DNA of 64,000 bases from Blasia pusilla (lineage: Eukaryota), in assembly GCA_050084515.1 (NCBI GenBank), contig CM114271.1, positions 34,968,001 through 35,032,000 on the forward strand, given 5' to 3'. A program made the translations under genes and the position numbers. Position 1 is the stretch's first letter, and each line of letters opens with the position of its first letter. The notes beneath the pieces are model-generated. The model had not been told where the DNA came from, did no database searches, and saw only the letters and a program-made list of their open reading frames with translations. Below are positions 37,850 to 51,174 of this stretch, one piece after another.

Positions 37850-40800
37850 GAAAGGTTTGAGATTTTCATGGATTTCTCAATGTTGTTTTACTGTGAGTGT
37901 TCTCCCACTGCTTTCGCTGTAGTGTCCACAAACAGTTTATCTTCATCCTCCCAGAGTTCAGGCCCTGTTGGAAGCCTTGTCGCTTGCAACATCTCTTGAA
38001 TATTTTCATCCATGATATTGGCTTGCTTCACTGGCATTCTTTGGGTCCATGTGGGGGGATGGGGATCCATTCCCTCCAGCTACCTCCACCGCTTGACATT
38101 GCCAATGTCACGTTTATCCTCCAGAGGTTCCACTCCAAAGTTCTGATTTTACACCAATCTTGGCAACTAGTGGGGAAGCCAACATTCAATCCAAAACGCT
38201 TTCAGCTGCATAGCTTCAAGCCTGTCCTTTTGTTTGGTGTTGCCATTCCACACACCAGCACCATGTTCTAGTGAGGGTAGAATGATATGCAGAATGACAG
38301 AGTCCTTCTGATGTGAAGTTGCAGCTATGTAGGAGCCTCATCAGATAGTTCACCCTGTGTGACCTTTCTCAGTAATCTTCTAAATGTTAGCGGCCCACAC
38401 CAAATCTTCTAAAAATTCCATGTCCAAGTAGGTGTAAGTGGGCACTTGGAGGACCTCTGTTCTCCTTAGTACTAGTACTTGTCTTGATCCTCCTCCCTTG
38501 CCATTCAATATCATCATACCACACTTGGACATGGTTGCCGCCATGCCCCACATTTCACACCAGACTTTGGTGAGGGATATCATCTCCTGAAGCTTCTCTC
38601 CCGTTTCCTCTAGGCTGTCAAAGTCATCAGCAAACATCAGAGCAACAACAGATCTGTTGCCCACCTGGATGCCTACTCCACTATCCTGTAATTCCTCCAG
38701 TAGGAAGTTGGCAAAGGGTGGGAGAGGGAGTGGGCATCCTTGGGCCACTTCCTGCTTGATGTCAAACACTCCACTGTCAGCCATTTACCAGGACAGTACC
38801 TATCATGTTCTGGAAAAGTTTCTCCACCAACTTCCACATTTTTCCTCTGTGCCCCACCTTCCAAAAGCTCTAAGACAGACCGTCATGCCATACAGTATCA
38901 TCTGCCTTCTTGAAGTCCAAGAAGAATCAGTCTGTGGGCTTCCCTTCCTTTTACCTACCTTGGACAACCTGACTGAAAGTAAAGATGTCATCCATGCATA
39001 CTCTGGACTGTTGGAAATCTGCCTGGCTTTCCTTGACAGTATTCTCCTCTAGGTACAAGGAGATCCTATTGTTAAGTACGCACCTTAGGACCTTCTCAAC
39101 CACGTTCAACAATTTGATCCCCCTTAAAATTACCAGGGTCTTCACATTCACCATTCTTGAAGAGGTTTACATCTCTACCCCACTGCCACGTTTGTGGAAT
39201 GACTTATGCCCGGAAAACCAAGTTCAAGACTAACTAGAAAACAAGCTATGGCATCATCTCCACACTTCAACAACTCACTTACCACCTCATTGCAACCACC
39301 TACTTTGTGGTTCAAAAGCTTGTCAAATCTCTCCCACCTTAGCTGGGGAACCATTCATTGTACGGTTTGCCCAACTCAACCTCATTGTTCACCTAGTCCC
39401 ATAAGATCTTACCAAAATCCTCCATCACTCTCTAAAAAATCTGTTTTTCAGCACATCTTGGATGTGGCTTCCTGACCACCTCCTCATAATTATCTTCCAA
39501 CACAATTCGAATCTGTTAGGCAGCAGTAATCATCCCACCTCCTTTCCCCTTGAGGAGCTTTCCATCATTTTTGTCCCTGGACTTGCTCAATTTCTGTGCT
39601 TCCATCCAAAATTTCTTTTGCTTGTCAGACAAGTTGTCTTTGATAGATGTTTAGGTCGCTTGGTTCATTTGCAGTAGTGTATCTGCAGCATAAGTCAATT
39701 TTCCCCACCACAGCACCTACAAGGTTGCATCATTCTTGGCCTTTGCTCATACAACACACAAACATGTCTCATTGTTTGGCAATTGCTGCCTTGGGTTCCA
39801 GGGACCACAATTTGACAGCTCTACCACTGGTGATAACTTCCCTCCGACAGCAGCCAGCATCTTTCATTCCAGGCTCCCACCATGCTAGTACCATGTCCAC
39901 AGTAGTTCTTCCAGACCGAAAGATCTCAACAGTAGATTGAATAAAAGTGTTAAATGCCAAGAGATTTTTCTCCAGCTTACGAATGTACATCTTCTTGTTC
40001 CCCTCATCTTTGGAAGTCCTGAAATTTCCATTTCTTAATCACTCTCTTTGCTGGTCAGGAAAGTCTTAGACTCTGCTAGAACTCTTTCAAGACTAGAAAA
40101 TGATCAGATCTTTCAATATCTGTGGCGTCAACCATGACTGTCACCCCACGTGTTTAGAGTTCATCTTCCACCGCTATCGAATCCACAGTTAAACTTTCAT
40201 TTTCCTTGAAATTCACAGTAGTCCAGGCAAGAGAGCCCAACTCATGCCCAGATGTCACTGCCAGTAGTTGAAGTTCCCTCAACATCCTGATCAGCCGCAT
40301 GCCATTCCCATTCATTCTCACATCTCTGAACATCCCAATCTATGCATGGGGGCATGTGCCTTGGCCCACCCAAATATTGAAGTCTCACAGCAGGACTATG
40401 TTCCCCTTCGTCTGAAACTGAAGGCCATTGGTTTTCATATTATCAAAGGTTTCCTCTGCTACAGCAACAGCTTCCCTGCTTGTGGGGATTTAAGCACATC
40501 CAATGTACATATCTTTTGAGTTGCACTCAGCTCAGACGATGACTCATACGTTACACATCTTTGCAAACCAAAAATAGCGTGCCACTAGAGGTATACGTTT
40601 CCTGACCACCACATATATGAATCTGACTTTTCATCAAAACATCAGCAATCTCTAGCTGCTTCCTTGGATGAGTCAGTCAGCACACAGATATCCTAGTTCC
40701 CCAAGCAGATTCCTGTTACAAGGTGGGCTGGGGATTTGTGAGCACGCTTTAGGCATTGGCATGACTGTTAGCTACCTGGAACCTCTTAATGGGCAGGATC

Positions 40801-41560
40801 TTCATCACTGATTGCTTGGAGACCACTAAAAATGTTGGTTGTGTAGATCATCAGCTGCTTTGTGGAGCCGGGCATTGCTTTCAAACAGGATTCACCCTTC
40901 AGTACCACAGCCCTCCAATTGTAGGCCCTTTTCGAGTCCTGAAGCTAAGTATTGGCCTCTGCACCCCTTGAAATTTGCCTTGAAGACACATTTGCAGCTG
41001 TTCGTTATCCAAGTAATCCCAGCAGTAGCTAGCCAGGAAATCAAAGCCAAAAGCTGTACAGACAATCTCACATGGTGCTAAATCCACTGACAGACGTGCA
41101 ATGAAAATAATCATGTGAGACAGTGGCCTCCTCCTATAGACCAACTGAAACTCTGTATTCAGACCGAGGATACATGGTGCCATAGGGCATCTCACATAAA
41201 CATATTGGGACTCTCCGCCTAGCTTGTGGGTCCTGAGCTTCGGTAAAATCCTTTGATACTTGAACTCAAAGTCCTCACAAGCTTGGAAGGATGAAGATAT
41301 ATTGGGCTCTGGGTCACTGGTTATCTCTATAGATTTGGTGAAAAACTTCTTTAGAATCTGGGGAGAATCTTTAAGCTCCCAGTCAGACTGTGCAGACCAG
41401 CCCCCACTGTCCTATTTGTAACATGGGGCCGCCTCCAAGCAGTAGGCAAAGAGAGCCCGCTTGCTACCCCCAAAGATCATCACTAACTGCCAAGGTGCAC
41501 AGCCCTGGCGTTAAGCTGCACAGGAAGGCCCGTGGGTCCAGCTTCAAAACCTTTGTGCCA
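37850..41560 (-). mobile_element. Degenerate LINE (ORF1 remnant, APE endonuclease, reverse transcriptase); ends approximate
   Basis: VDATDIERSDHFLV (APE SDH motif, ~40100), RGIKLLNVVEKVL..VLNNRI, ESQADFQQSRVCMDDIF, and QEVAQGCPL...LMFADD. Many stops and frameshifts. Confidence 0.88.
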
Positions 41561-42464
41561 CTGCTGGCACAGGTCACATCGACAGAATAGTTCACAATTC
41601 CCAACCAGGCGGACGATATCGTAAGCTCACAACATGTTCCGCCAACAACAGATGAGCAACTCTGTGAGGAGTATTTCTATATTGCGGACTCAAGGTTTGC
41701 TCGTTATAAATAACCCTCGAGCAGTGCCTAAACCCGACATACAAGGCCTGCCATTACTGGTGGTTCTGGGGTTTACACCCAACTAGGCTGAGAGAAAGAG
41801 TGAATGAATTGATTTGATATCCACAGAGAGCCAGCCGGCCATGGGACTTCAATTTGAAAAATCTGCAAAAATTTAAACAAGAAAGAGCATGGTCAAGAGG
41901 GTCCAAGTGATCTTCAGAGAATGAATGAATATATTTGTAGTCCACGGGGACCCCAGAGGGCCAAGGGACTAAGTTCTGCAGTTGTGTAGAAGTTTGAGAG
42001 AGAAAGAGCGCGACAGGAGTACACTAAAGTTGAGTTAAGCTGTCCCGATCCAACAATTTGCCTCTTTCGTCCGCTTCTCTGCTTTGACTCATCTCAACCC
42101 ATCTGTATGAAAAGCCTCTTCTGAATGGTGATTTTTCTCATTGACCTTTAGGACGTGCAACGATTTTCCCCATGTTGATCTAGATCTGAGTTTCAATGGC
42201 ACGGATACCATTGGAAGGCACCCTCAATCCCAGCCCTAGCCGAGTGGACGTCCCCCTCTCAGAGTAGACTGTCAACTCTGCTTTGTGTGGGTCTTCGCCC
42301 GTGTGTTCACCTCAGCTCCGGGCTTAGAACTAAATTTATTTTCTCGCACAATCAGAGCAAATTCTCTCGGAGATTTTCAAGCGTCTTAACGCTTCTGATG
42401 GGAGAATTCCACTCACTGAAATGCAAAAGCAGATATTACAAAAACTTCCGCTGTCCATACATTC

Positions 42465-42747
42465 CAAAAGTACGGCTAATCGGCCTCCCACTCTCAAGTT
42501 TGCCAGCGAGAGCATACGGTGAATGTGGGATGCCTGAATAGTGATCATAAAGAGGTTTTGGAGCCGAAGGAGTGGAAATGGATAGTCGGTAAGCTCGGCA
42601 CGAAGCATCACTCCGAAACCAAAGCGCAGCACACGGAGTGCAGAAAATCTGACCGCAATGCCAGATTCGAGCCTGAAAGCAACCTTCCTGATCCGACACG
42701 CGCTCAAAGCAGATTTTGCAGGAGAGGCCCATAATCGTCAATTCCAT
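42465..42747 (-). pseudogene. Pseudogenised duplicate of the RING exon
   Basis: MELTIMGLSCKICFER..CGQIFCTPC..CRAY has lost His and Cys ligands, carries a 1-bp deletion, and its splice donor changed from GTATGT to GAATGT. No WD40 exons follow. Confidence 0.88.
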
Positions 42748-43318
42748 TCCTCCTTCATAAAAGCAGCCAACTTTTCCCCGCCGATTCGACACACTGTCAC
42801 TACCAATCAATTTACTTCGCTTCCATCCTCGAAGAACAAATCACCTCTCCCGACAATCCCATGGCTGCCGCATTTGAACCTGCGTCAAATCAGAACACGC
42901 CCCAACGACCTAGCCCTCCTACATTCTCTCCAGATAGCCAAATTCACCCACAGAGCGCGCTTCCACCAACCCACGCACACCCAAAACCCCTGCAACTAAA
43001 ACTTCAGTGACCCGCCCGGCTCTCCCACCACACGAAATGAGAAGGCCCCGATGGGCACCACTGCGACGGAATGTAGCCACTGACCCACACCAAGAGGATC
43101 GATCTCCCTCCTCATTTCTCATACGCGGTAATGTACCAAATTCAAGAGCCCCACCACCATCACAGCTGCCTGGAAATTGGAGGAAGTCGTGGACAACTAC
43201 CAAACCCGTCAGACCCCATGGCATACTCCCCGCGATGCACAGACTAGAAGCGGAACATTACTCGCCTTCCTAGTAAGCAAGATTCCTCGTCCGAAAGCTC
43301 CTCCTTTTCGACTGCATT

Positions 43319-43354
43319 GTAGAGAGAGAGAGAGAGGGAGAGAGAGAGAGGGAG
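43319..43354 (+). repeat. (GA)n microsatellite
   Basis: Direct observation. Confidence 0.9.
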
Positions 43355-43959
43355 ATGTTGGTAAAGAATTAAATGAACGAATCTGTCTGAGAGTTGAGTC
43401 AGATTTTACCTGTTTCCTCTGCTTCTCCAACTCCTCAGGTCAGCCATAGCCAAATCCAGATCATAGTAAAATTAGACCTCCGCGAATACTCCTTCCAATG
43501 GCGCCAATCCCTTCTCGAAACGAGACCACGTAACCCGGACACGAAAATCTGCACAACCAAAGGATCCGTTGCCGCCTCGATCAACGGCAAGTACCTACAT
43601 CATCGTAGTCATTGTCGTTGCACCCATAGCGTTAGCTCGCTCCGAGAGCGCTACGTTTGTTCTTCCATATCGATTTCTTACAATCCATGAACGTTCGTCA
43701 TTTCTCTTCAAATTTTGGAATCATATTTTTAAATCTCATATGTGCGGATGTGTTTAAGTGTGCGGGACACATGCCCGCACACTCGTCTCCACTCCATGCA
43801 TCTCAATGCTTGTCCCCGCAATAATGAAGCTCCCCGTTACCGGAAAAAACATCCACCTAGGCATGTCTTTCCGTGGGACTATCCATTCCGGGAATGTCCT
43901 CCGCATGTGTGCTCCTCTCCCCGAATCCTTGTGATCAACTAACACCATTTGTGAATGTT

Positions 43960-46400
43960 GCCAATGTGGTCACCGTATCCTCACGTGGTCGATCATCACT
44001 ACTCGATCATGGCTCACCCGTCCATCACCTGATCGCCACCTTGGTCGATAAGAAACCGTCTCCTCCCAAAAATCCAGAATGAACTCAAAGGGATACAACA
44101 CTCTACTCCCTACGAACACATCATACGACTTTGCCGGTGTCGTAATCGCCCGAGTGCGCACTATCGCACCATCGCACTAACCACCAACTCCTCTCGAGTC
44201 ATGTATCACGTAGTTGATACGCCCCCAATAGAGGTCTGTATCTGAAAGGGACAACGCTCGATGTCGCCTTTTCGTAAACCCAACGCTAAACACGCCGCCT
44301 TCCCTACCTTCAAGGGCTGCGCTCCGTAGGACGTATTGCGGATGGTACACCGTACTTGTGGGACTAACCAAGCGAGCTCGGTTATCCAACAACACCACAC
44401 CTAGTATGATCATGGCTCGCTCTATCGCTGGTCTAGCTGGCTTATCTACCAGTTTCGCCGCCGCAGCATGCCATGACTCAATGGGGGACGCCCCGAGCAC
44501 CTACTCCAAGGGCAAGTCCACCACCTCCTTAACTACCTCTGAACGAAAGGCAGTCACCTCTCCATGCTCACACAACATGACGGCCAGCCGGAACACCTCC
44601 GCTGGTCCAACTCCCAATGTTGCCAACTCCATGGCAGAAAACAACGGAGTATGGCTCACCCTAGTGGCCACCTCCAACATCGTGGTTGACGCGGGCTCCT
44701 CCTGAGCCGGCATAGGAATCGTCTCTCCAACTCCTCATGATGTCGACACACCTCTCTCACCCGTGGGTACTACCTGCCATCGACGCACCATCGACAGTGT
44801 ATGTAGTGCCTGCAACAACGTGAACGAATGGAGAACCCTGGCCTGCCGCCCTTTGGTCCCCTCCTGTGGGTCAATCTCAATCCCACCTCTTGATGGCTTG
44901 GTTGATCTCGCAGCACCCGAATCACATTTGCAGCAGCCTCAACCTGAGCCGCACTACACATAAATCCCATCCTCGCAGAATCCTCACTAGCATCGTGGTA
45001 AGATGTGGAGGCTGGCGCCACACTAGCTACTCTCAGCTCGTGGCCTGCTTGTAGTTGCATCATCGTCATGGCAGCAATCCTCTACTCCAACTGATCAATG
45101 CGCGTAAGGAGCGCTACATTTGGTGCACGTCCTCCATCTCTTGTGACTGGTGATGGCACTCTACCACAATGATCATTCACCTCTCGATCTCCACCAACTC
45201 TCTCGCCCCCAAGTCCTTTGCCTACCTCTAAACGTACCTCTCGGCGAAGATCATAACACCTATCCCTAGTGTGACCATATCGGTGACAATGATCACACTG
45301 CAACTGTGGTAGGGCCATCCTCTTGGGCTCTTGAGCAATCGGAATCACACGTGGCCCTCTTCCATGCCGTGGGCACTCCCTCTGCCTATGTGACCCACCA
45401 CATGTCCAACAAGCCAACGGTGGTCCCTACTAGAAAACATATGTCGGTTTGGGCTGTTGCCTCATCGGCTCACGATACCCGCCCTGCTCTTTGGACCCAC
45501 TCCCGTGGTACTAGTGCATGTTGGGACACATGTGGGTCTACTCCTACCAGTCGACCCGTCGAATCCCGCAAAAATCCCGTCGTCACCACCTACTCCTCAC
45601 TCATGTTGAGCTCTACCCGCTCATACAACTCGAAGACCACCTTCAATGTGGGCTTCGCCGTGTGAAGCAACATCGCATCCCTCTGTAGCTCCTCATCCAG
45701 CACCCCGTACCAATACTGCAGTGACTGCGCCTTACTCATCCCATATGGGGCAACGATCAACCGTCGTATGTGCGTGCACGTGAAAGCCTCCCTCAGACTC
45801 TCATCCGATCTTCGCTGAAAATCCTATAGACTCTTCAACTTCTCGGTTCACACGCCCTAGTAGCTCCTCCCCAACTGTTGGAAGAACTCCACCGTAGGAC
45901 TGAAACTCTATGGTCCACGACCACGAGAGCTCGAGCTGATGGTGTAGGTCTCTTTGCTGTGACTATCCCATCATACGCCTCGCGGCAACTAGTGGATGCA
46001 TACCCTGGAGCTCAATACACCCTCCAAGCATCGATCTCTATAGAGTATAGAGATCGGAACTCCATGTAGTAAACCATCGGTGGACCCTCCAAGTGCTGGA
46101 ACAACTCCTTCCATGCCAAAAAAAGGTTGAACCGCGTAGGAATCCGTATCTCCTGGAAGTCGCACTACCTGTCGAACTCTTGGATGAAAATTTCAAGATC
46201 TATGGTGCCTAATGTATCCAAGAAACGACACATGCCTCGGTGTCCCATGTCGTTCATCTCTCTCCACGTATTACCGTCCCGGTATGCAATCTTGTCACCA
46301 CACCCACTGTCTAGTGATGACGATCCAGCCATGGATGGTAGTTGGGGTGGTTCCTCACTCGAAACCCCTCGATACCTCACACCACTCCATGTCACTCCAC
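43960..46400 (-). mobile_element. Ty3/gypsy gag-protease remnant, truncated before RT
   Basis: FIQEFDR*CD..FLAWKELFQHLEGPPM (gag), two CCHC knuckles CWTCGGSHRQREC and CDHCHRYGHTRDRC, and protease-region SYGAQPLKVGKAACLALG..CPFQIQTSIGG and SYDVFVGSRVLYP..LDFWEETVSYRP. Confidence 0.85.
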
Positions 46401-46781
46401 TACCACTACTCGCACTACCTCGTTCTTCTGAACCTTGGAAGAACGTCGTGATGATAACCTTGTCTCACCCGCTCAAGCACTCAGACTCACCAAGAGTCTC
46501 CCACACTCCTCACTAGCTCACCTACGATAATGGTAATCTCGTGATGACACACTCGGCCTCACGCATACTCAACACTTGGGCTCACCATGAGCCTCCCAAC
46601 TAACTCACCTAAACTGCTAACACTCTCTGGTCATACACGCGACCCCTACTCGGCAACTGCCGTATATCCACCAACATGCTATACATGAAAGGAGTCTACG
46701 CTCGTCACCATTACTGCACCCATATAGCACCAAAAACTACCCAATACCCAACACTCTCAATCACACAAGATAACTGAAGGA

Positions 46782-47392
46782 TGTCATACGCATACACATC
46801 GCTGGTCACATCTACATACCACATAATACTGATCTTCCCCAACATACGGGTAGATCCACTCATAAATGAAACGTACTCACGCATATACACCAGGACCCCA
46901 CAACAAAATCAAGAGTAGTAAAATTGGTTCACTCGGCCTAAAACTCCACTCTTGAACCTACATCGGCATATCAAACCACATCCACCCTCTGCTATGAGGG
47001 AATCCGAACTCTAGCACCCTAACTCCTACACACCCATACACGTTTATGCAAGAGAGGCGCTGCTAAGGCTCAACATGAGAAAGATGGCTTGAGAAAGCCA
47101 TCTCTCTCACTCTTATACCCTTGGGAAGAGCCAAAAAGCTCTTCCCCCAAAAATAGTCCTACCAACGGTCAACTGCTTGCACAGGTTACCAGGTGACCTT
47201 TGACCCGGTCAACACGTCACATGACAGACTAAAACCAAAATGGGGAAATCGCCATAAACGACGTTCCCGACACAACAGACATGTTGCTAATCTCATACGA
47301 CATCTTGGGACGAAGTTACACCCAAATAACCTTCTGACTCTCTATGTCGTCGACGCGATAGAACTCTACCTACGTCGAAATAAGATGTGACA
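46782..47392 (-). mobile_element. Complete Ty3/gypsy LTR (611 bp, TGTCA...TGACA)
   Basis: Inverted 5-bp termini and TATAAG on the minus strand. Both ends are confirmed by related copies at 49528 and 60292. Confidence 0.85.
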
Positions 47393-49059
47393 GGGAGAAG
47401 GGACTCGAATGGGTAACCTAAACACGCCCTCCAACCTACGGAACCGTCAATGGTCACTCCTCCATGTGGTGGGGCAACCTCCACGGCATGACACTCTCCT
47501 CAACCAATACGTCAAATCTCCCATCAACAGATACGGACTACCTGTCGACATTAGCATACTAACACTCCGTCGGCAACTCTCCACCATAAACTGTCAGTGT
47601 GGATAACTCATCTCGCTCGCAATAAAACATGGTCAGTCTGCCTAACCAAGTAGTGACTCCAACCATAACCATGTAGGTGCTTATTGGGTAGCCCCCTTCC
47701 AACCGCGTTCATCCAACTCTGTCCGGTCTCACCACGTAGACCACGTCAACCATATCCGCTACGCAACTAGGTAGGATGCCTACCATGTCCGACATCCCAA
47801 CTTCTGCTATATCCGCCCTTTTGTCTAGTTGCGCCCCTCTCTCTGCTTGGGCATGGCGCCCTATGCGGGCGCACCTCCTTGCTCCTTTCCCCAACCAGCC
47901 CGCGCCTCCACCTCGATTCCTCTTCCAATACCTGCTCGGCACTAGCCAAACTCCATAGCACACGGCCCTATGCAAGGCCTCCCACCTTCCTCCATCTTTG
48001 GAACTCGACCTTGCCCGCAACCCGTCTCTTTCATGCCCGGCGCACAGTGCCCTAAGGCGCCATTAAGGCGACTCCCACCTTCTTGGCTACTTACTCTCCT
48101 TCTCAACCAACCTCTCTACGCGACCAGTTAACGCACATATCCCTATGCGACCGCGGCGTTGGCCCTTACCTCCTGCCTTCCGACCCCTGAACCTCCCTCC
48201 TTTCTTGGAGCCATACAGGCTTCCTCATCCTCTCTTCAACTTTCGGACCCCAACTCTAGGGCACGCGGCCCTATGACTCACGCATGCGCCTACACTCCCA
48301 CATCCCGATCCTGACTGCCAATGCACTTCAGCTACCAGCTTCACTCGCAACCCTCCCACCTTGAGCCAGCACGAGACCCTATGTGGCTTCGTCTAATCCC
48401 AACTACTCTCCCGGGCTACTCACCCGGTTCGTCGACGTCGCCTTTACTGCCCGTACGTGGTCCGGTGCAGTTGGGTTGCGTTCCAGGGTGCGACTCTTGT
48501 TACACCCATTCCCCAACTTGGTTGTGACTTGGCGCCATAGTTATCCGTTGCTAGGCTCCTTCACCCTGCTCCCGCTCTCGAGTCTCTTTCCAGTTGACAC
48601 TCAGTGCGCTCTTCCCCCCTTCATTTGACGCCTTGTCCGCCAACTTCCACCCTACACGCGGATGTCTTCTATGTGGACGTATATGGTCTGCCCTAGCTCT
48701 ATCCCATCCCCAACTGAACTTAGGCACCTACCCCTATAACCTGCGCGACCTAACCTTAGCCTACATAGCCGCCCTTTACTTGACAGCCCCCGATGGCTGC
48801 AAGCCCTAAAGCTCTTTTCTCCTCTTTCTCGACACACCTCCTCGCATACACCTTGACGCCACACTTCCGACTACACTCTGCAACTGTCCTCCGTTATTGT
48901 GCATCAACAGAATCTGAGAAAACAGCTAGCGCTTCCGCGCACACCCTCCCAAACAGAAAAAAATGATGACACAACGCGACACGCGTGTCTCTAGGGGCTC
49001 CCCACCAAGGAAACTCACTTGCCTACCTGCAACCAACGAATTTCCTCACATCTTTCTCA

Positions 49060-49528
49060 TGTAAAATCAATAGTAGTAAAAATGGCTCACCTAGCCTAAA
49101 ACTCCACTCCTAAATCTACGACATATCAAACCACATCCACCCTCTGCTATGAGGAAATCCGGACGCTAGCACCCTAACTCCTACACATCCACACACGTCT
49201 ATGCAAGAGAGGCGCTCCTAAGGCTCAACATGAGCCATCTCTCTTACTCTTATACCCTTGGGAAGAGCCAAAAACCTCTTCCCCCAAAAATAGCCTTACC
49301 AACGATAATCTGTGCACATGTTACCGGTTGACCGTTGACCCAGTCAACAGGTCACCAGACGGACTAAAACCAAAATAGGGAAAACGCCATAAATGACGTT
49401 CCTGAATACAACAGACATATCGTCAACCTCATCCGACATCTCGGGACGAAGTTACACCCAAACAACTCGCTGACTCTTTATGCCGTCGACGCGATAGAAC
49501 TCTATCGATGTTGAAATAAGATGTGACA
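49060..49528 (-). mobile_element. Second, 3'-truncated copy of the same LTR
   Basis: Direct repeat of ~46905-47392 at roughly 80-85% identity by eye, ending GAAATAAGATGTGACA. Confidence 0.88.
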
Positions 49529-51174
49529 AGTTGGAGAACCCCCCATCTAAATGCAGCCGGTGTTACAATCTATTATCTAACACAAGAACATTTGAGTATT
49601 CTGGAATTGAAGCACCCGGGAAAAGAACTCCCCGACATAAATAGGAGCCCTGTGATGATGATGTAGCTTTGATGTATGTTATGCAATATGTTATGGGCAT
49701 GTACCCTCTACCTATTATTATTCCGTAGTACTGCCTCCCTGCCCGGCCCTGAGGGTATACTCTTCTATTGCTACTACTACTTCTACTGCGCTCCTTCCTT
49801 AGGGGCGCTGTAGAAGTAGCAGAAACTTCATAAAACTACATCACAAATTTTATTTGGTCGCAAGCTGCATATGATACAAATCCTACGATAATGATTTCAC
49901 AGACCAACGAATGGTCCTTGGTACTTCCGCACCATAAAAATCGTGACGTGGAAACGGCAAGGATGGTCCTTGGGTTGGGGAAGGACCCCTTGTTGATATT
50001 GGGTTGATTACGATTTTGGCTACGGAGCCCAATAGTATGCAAGACAACCTCCATCTGGTTCCAGACGTTGGAAATCGGCACACTTACTTGACCACGGGTG
50101 AAGTCATGCCATCTGTCAAGTGCCAGACCTCTAGGTTAGGACCCACGTGACCTTTGGCGTTGGGCTCTATGGGGCCCTACTCTAAAGGGAGAAATTGCTC
50201 TCATATTGGAGATTCTAGAGACTTGAGAAGATAATCTCAATGCCTCACGCCATTGAGATTTGAAGAAGAAAGACAAAGAAGTTTTTTGAACTTTTATAAG
50301 GGGTTTACAATTCCATTTAAAGTCTTACGCGTTGGCAATCGATTGAGTGGTCTTCTTGTTATTGAGGATTGAACCTTGAATGAAAATGATTTGAATGGTA
50401 AATTGCATGCCGAAATATATTTTATTTAAAAAAAATTAATTTTATTATGAATCTCGCGTTTTCTTTATATATCTAGAGTATCCACGTGTTCTATATACGT
50501 ATGTATTAATTAGTTTTTCCTACCCCGTACCTGGGGCTCAAACTTATCCCCACGGGTACCGGCGGGTTACGTCGAAGTTACGTCCTTGGAGGTACGGGGC
50601 TTTTGAGACCCCTTACAGTCCCGTAGCAGGGCATGGCAAGCTTCGAGGGACACGTATTGGCACAAGGCCGTCGGCTTCCAAGTGTGGATTTTGTGCTGAC
50701 TGAAAAGCTTCGCGAGTGCACGGCATCTCCTTCATCACCGCGAAGGGTTGGGAACTTGGGAAGCTCGCGGTCCCACTGCGCAGTCGGCTAGAAGAGAACA
50801 GTTGGCAAGATGAGAACATTGGCGATCGAGGTCACAGTCGTGGGCCCGGGTTCCTCTACTGAATCCGACTGGTGGTTCGTTTCGTGCGCGGAGGGCCCCG
50901 ATCAAAGCGATTGGTAGGAGGGGAAGGATCCATGGGTGTCTGATTCCTTCGGGGATTTGGGTGGGGTTGAGATGTGTGTGTCTGTTCTGAGTTTGGAGGA
51001 GTACAAAGGAAGGAAGGAAGGAATCAGGTCGCCGCTGCATTCAGGAGCCGCAGCGAAGGGAATTGGACGTGACGGAAAAGGGCTGTGGGAGGTTTGAAGG
51101 ACGAGCCTGTTGAATTTGTTTGGAAAGCTTGGATCCGGGGCTGGGCGTCGGTCGGACGGTGTGGAGAGCGACCA

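Noticed and set aside
50523-50599. 10-bp inverted repeat CCCCGTACCT/AGGTACGGGG as a tiny MITE
   Set aside because: No TSD and no second copy in the window.
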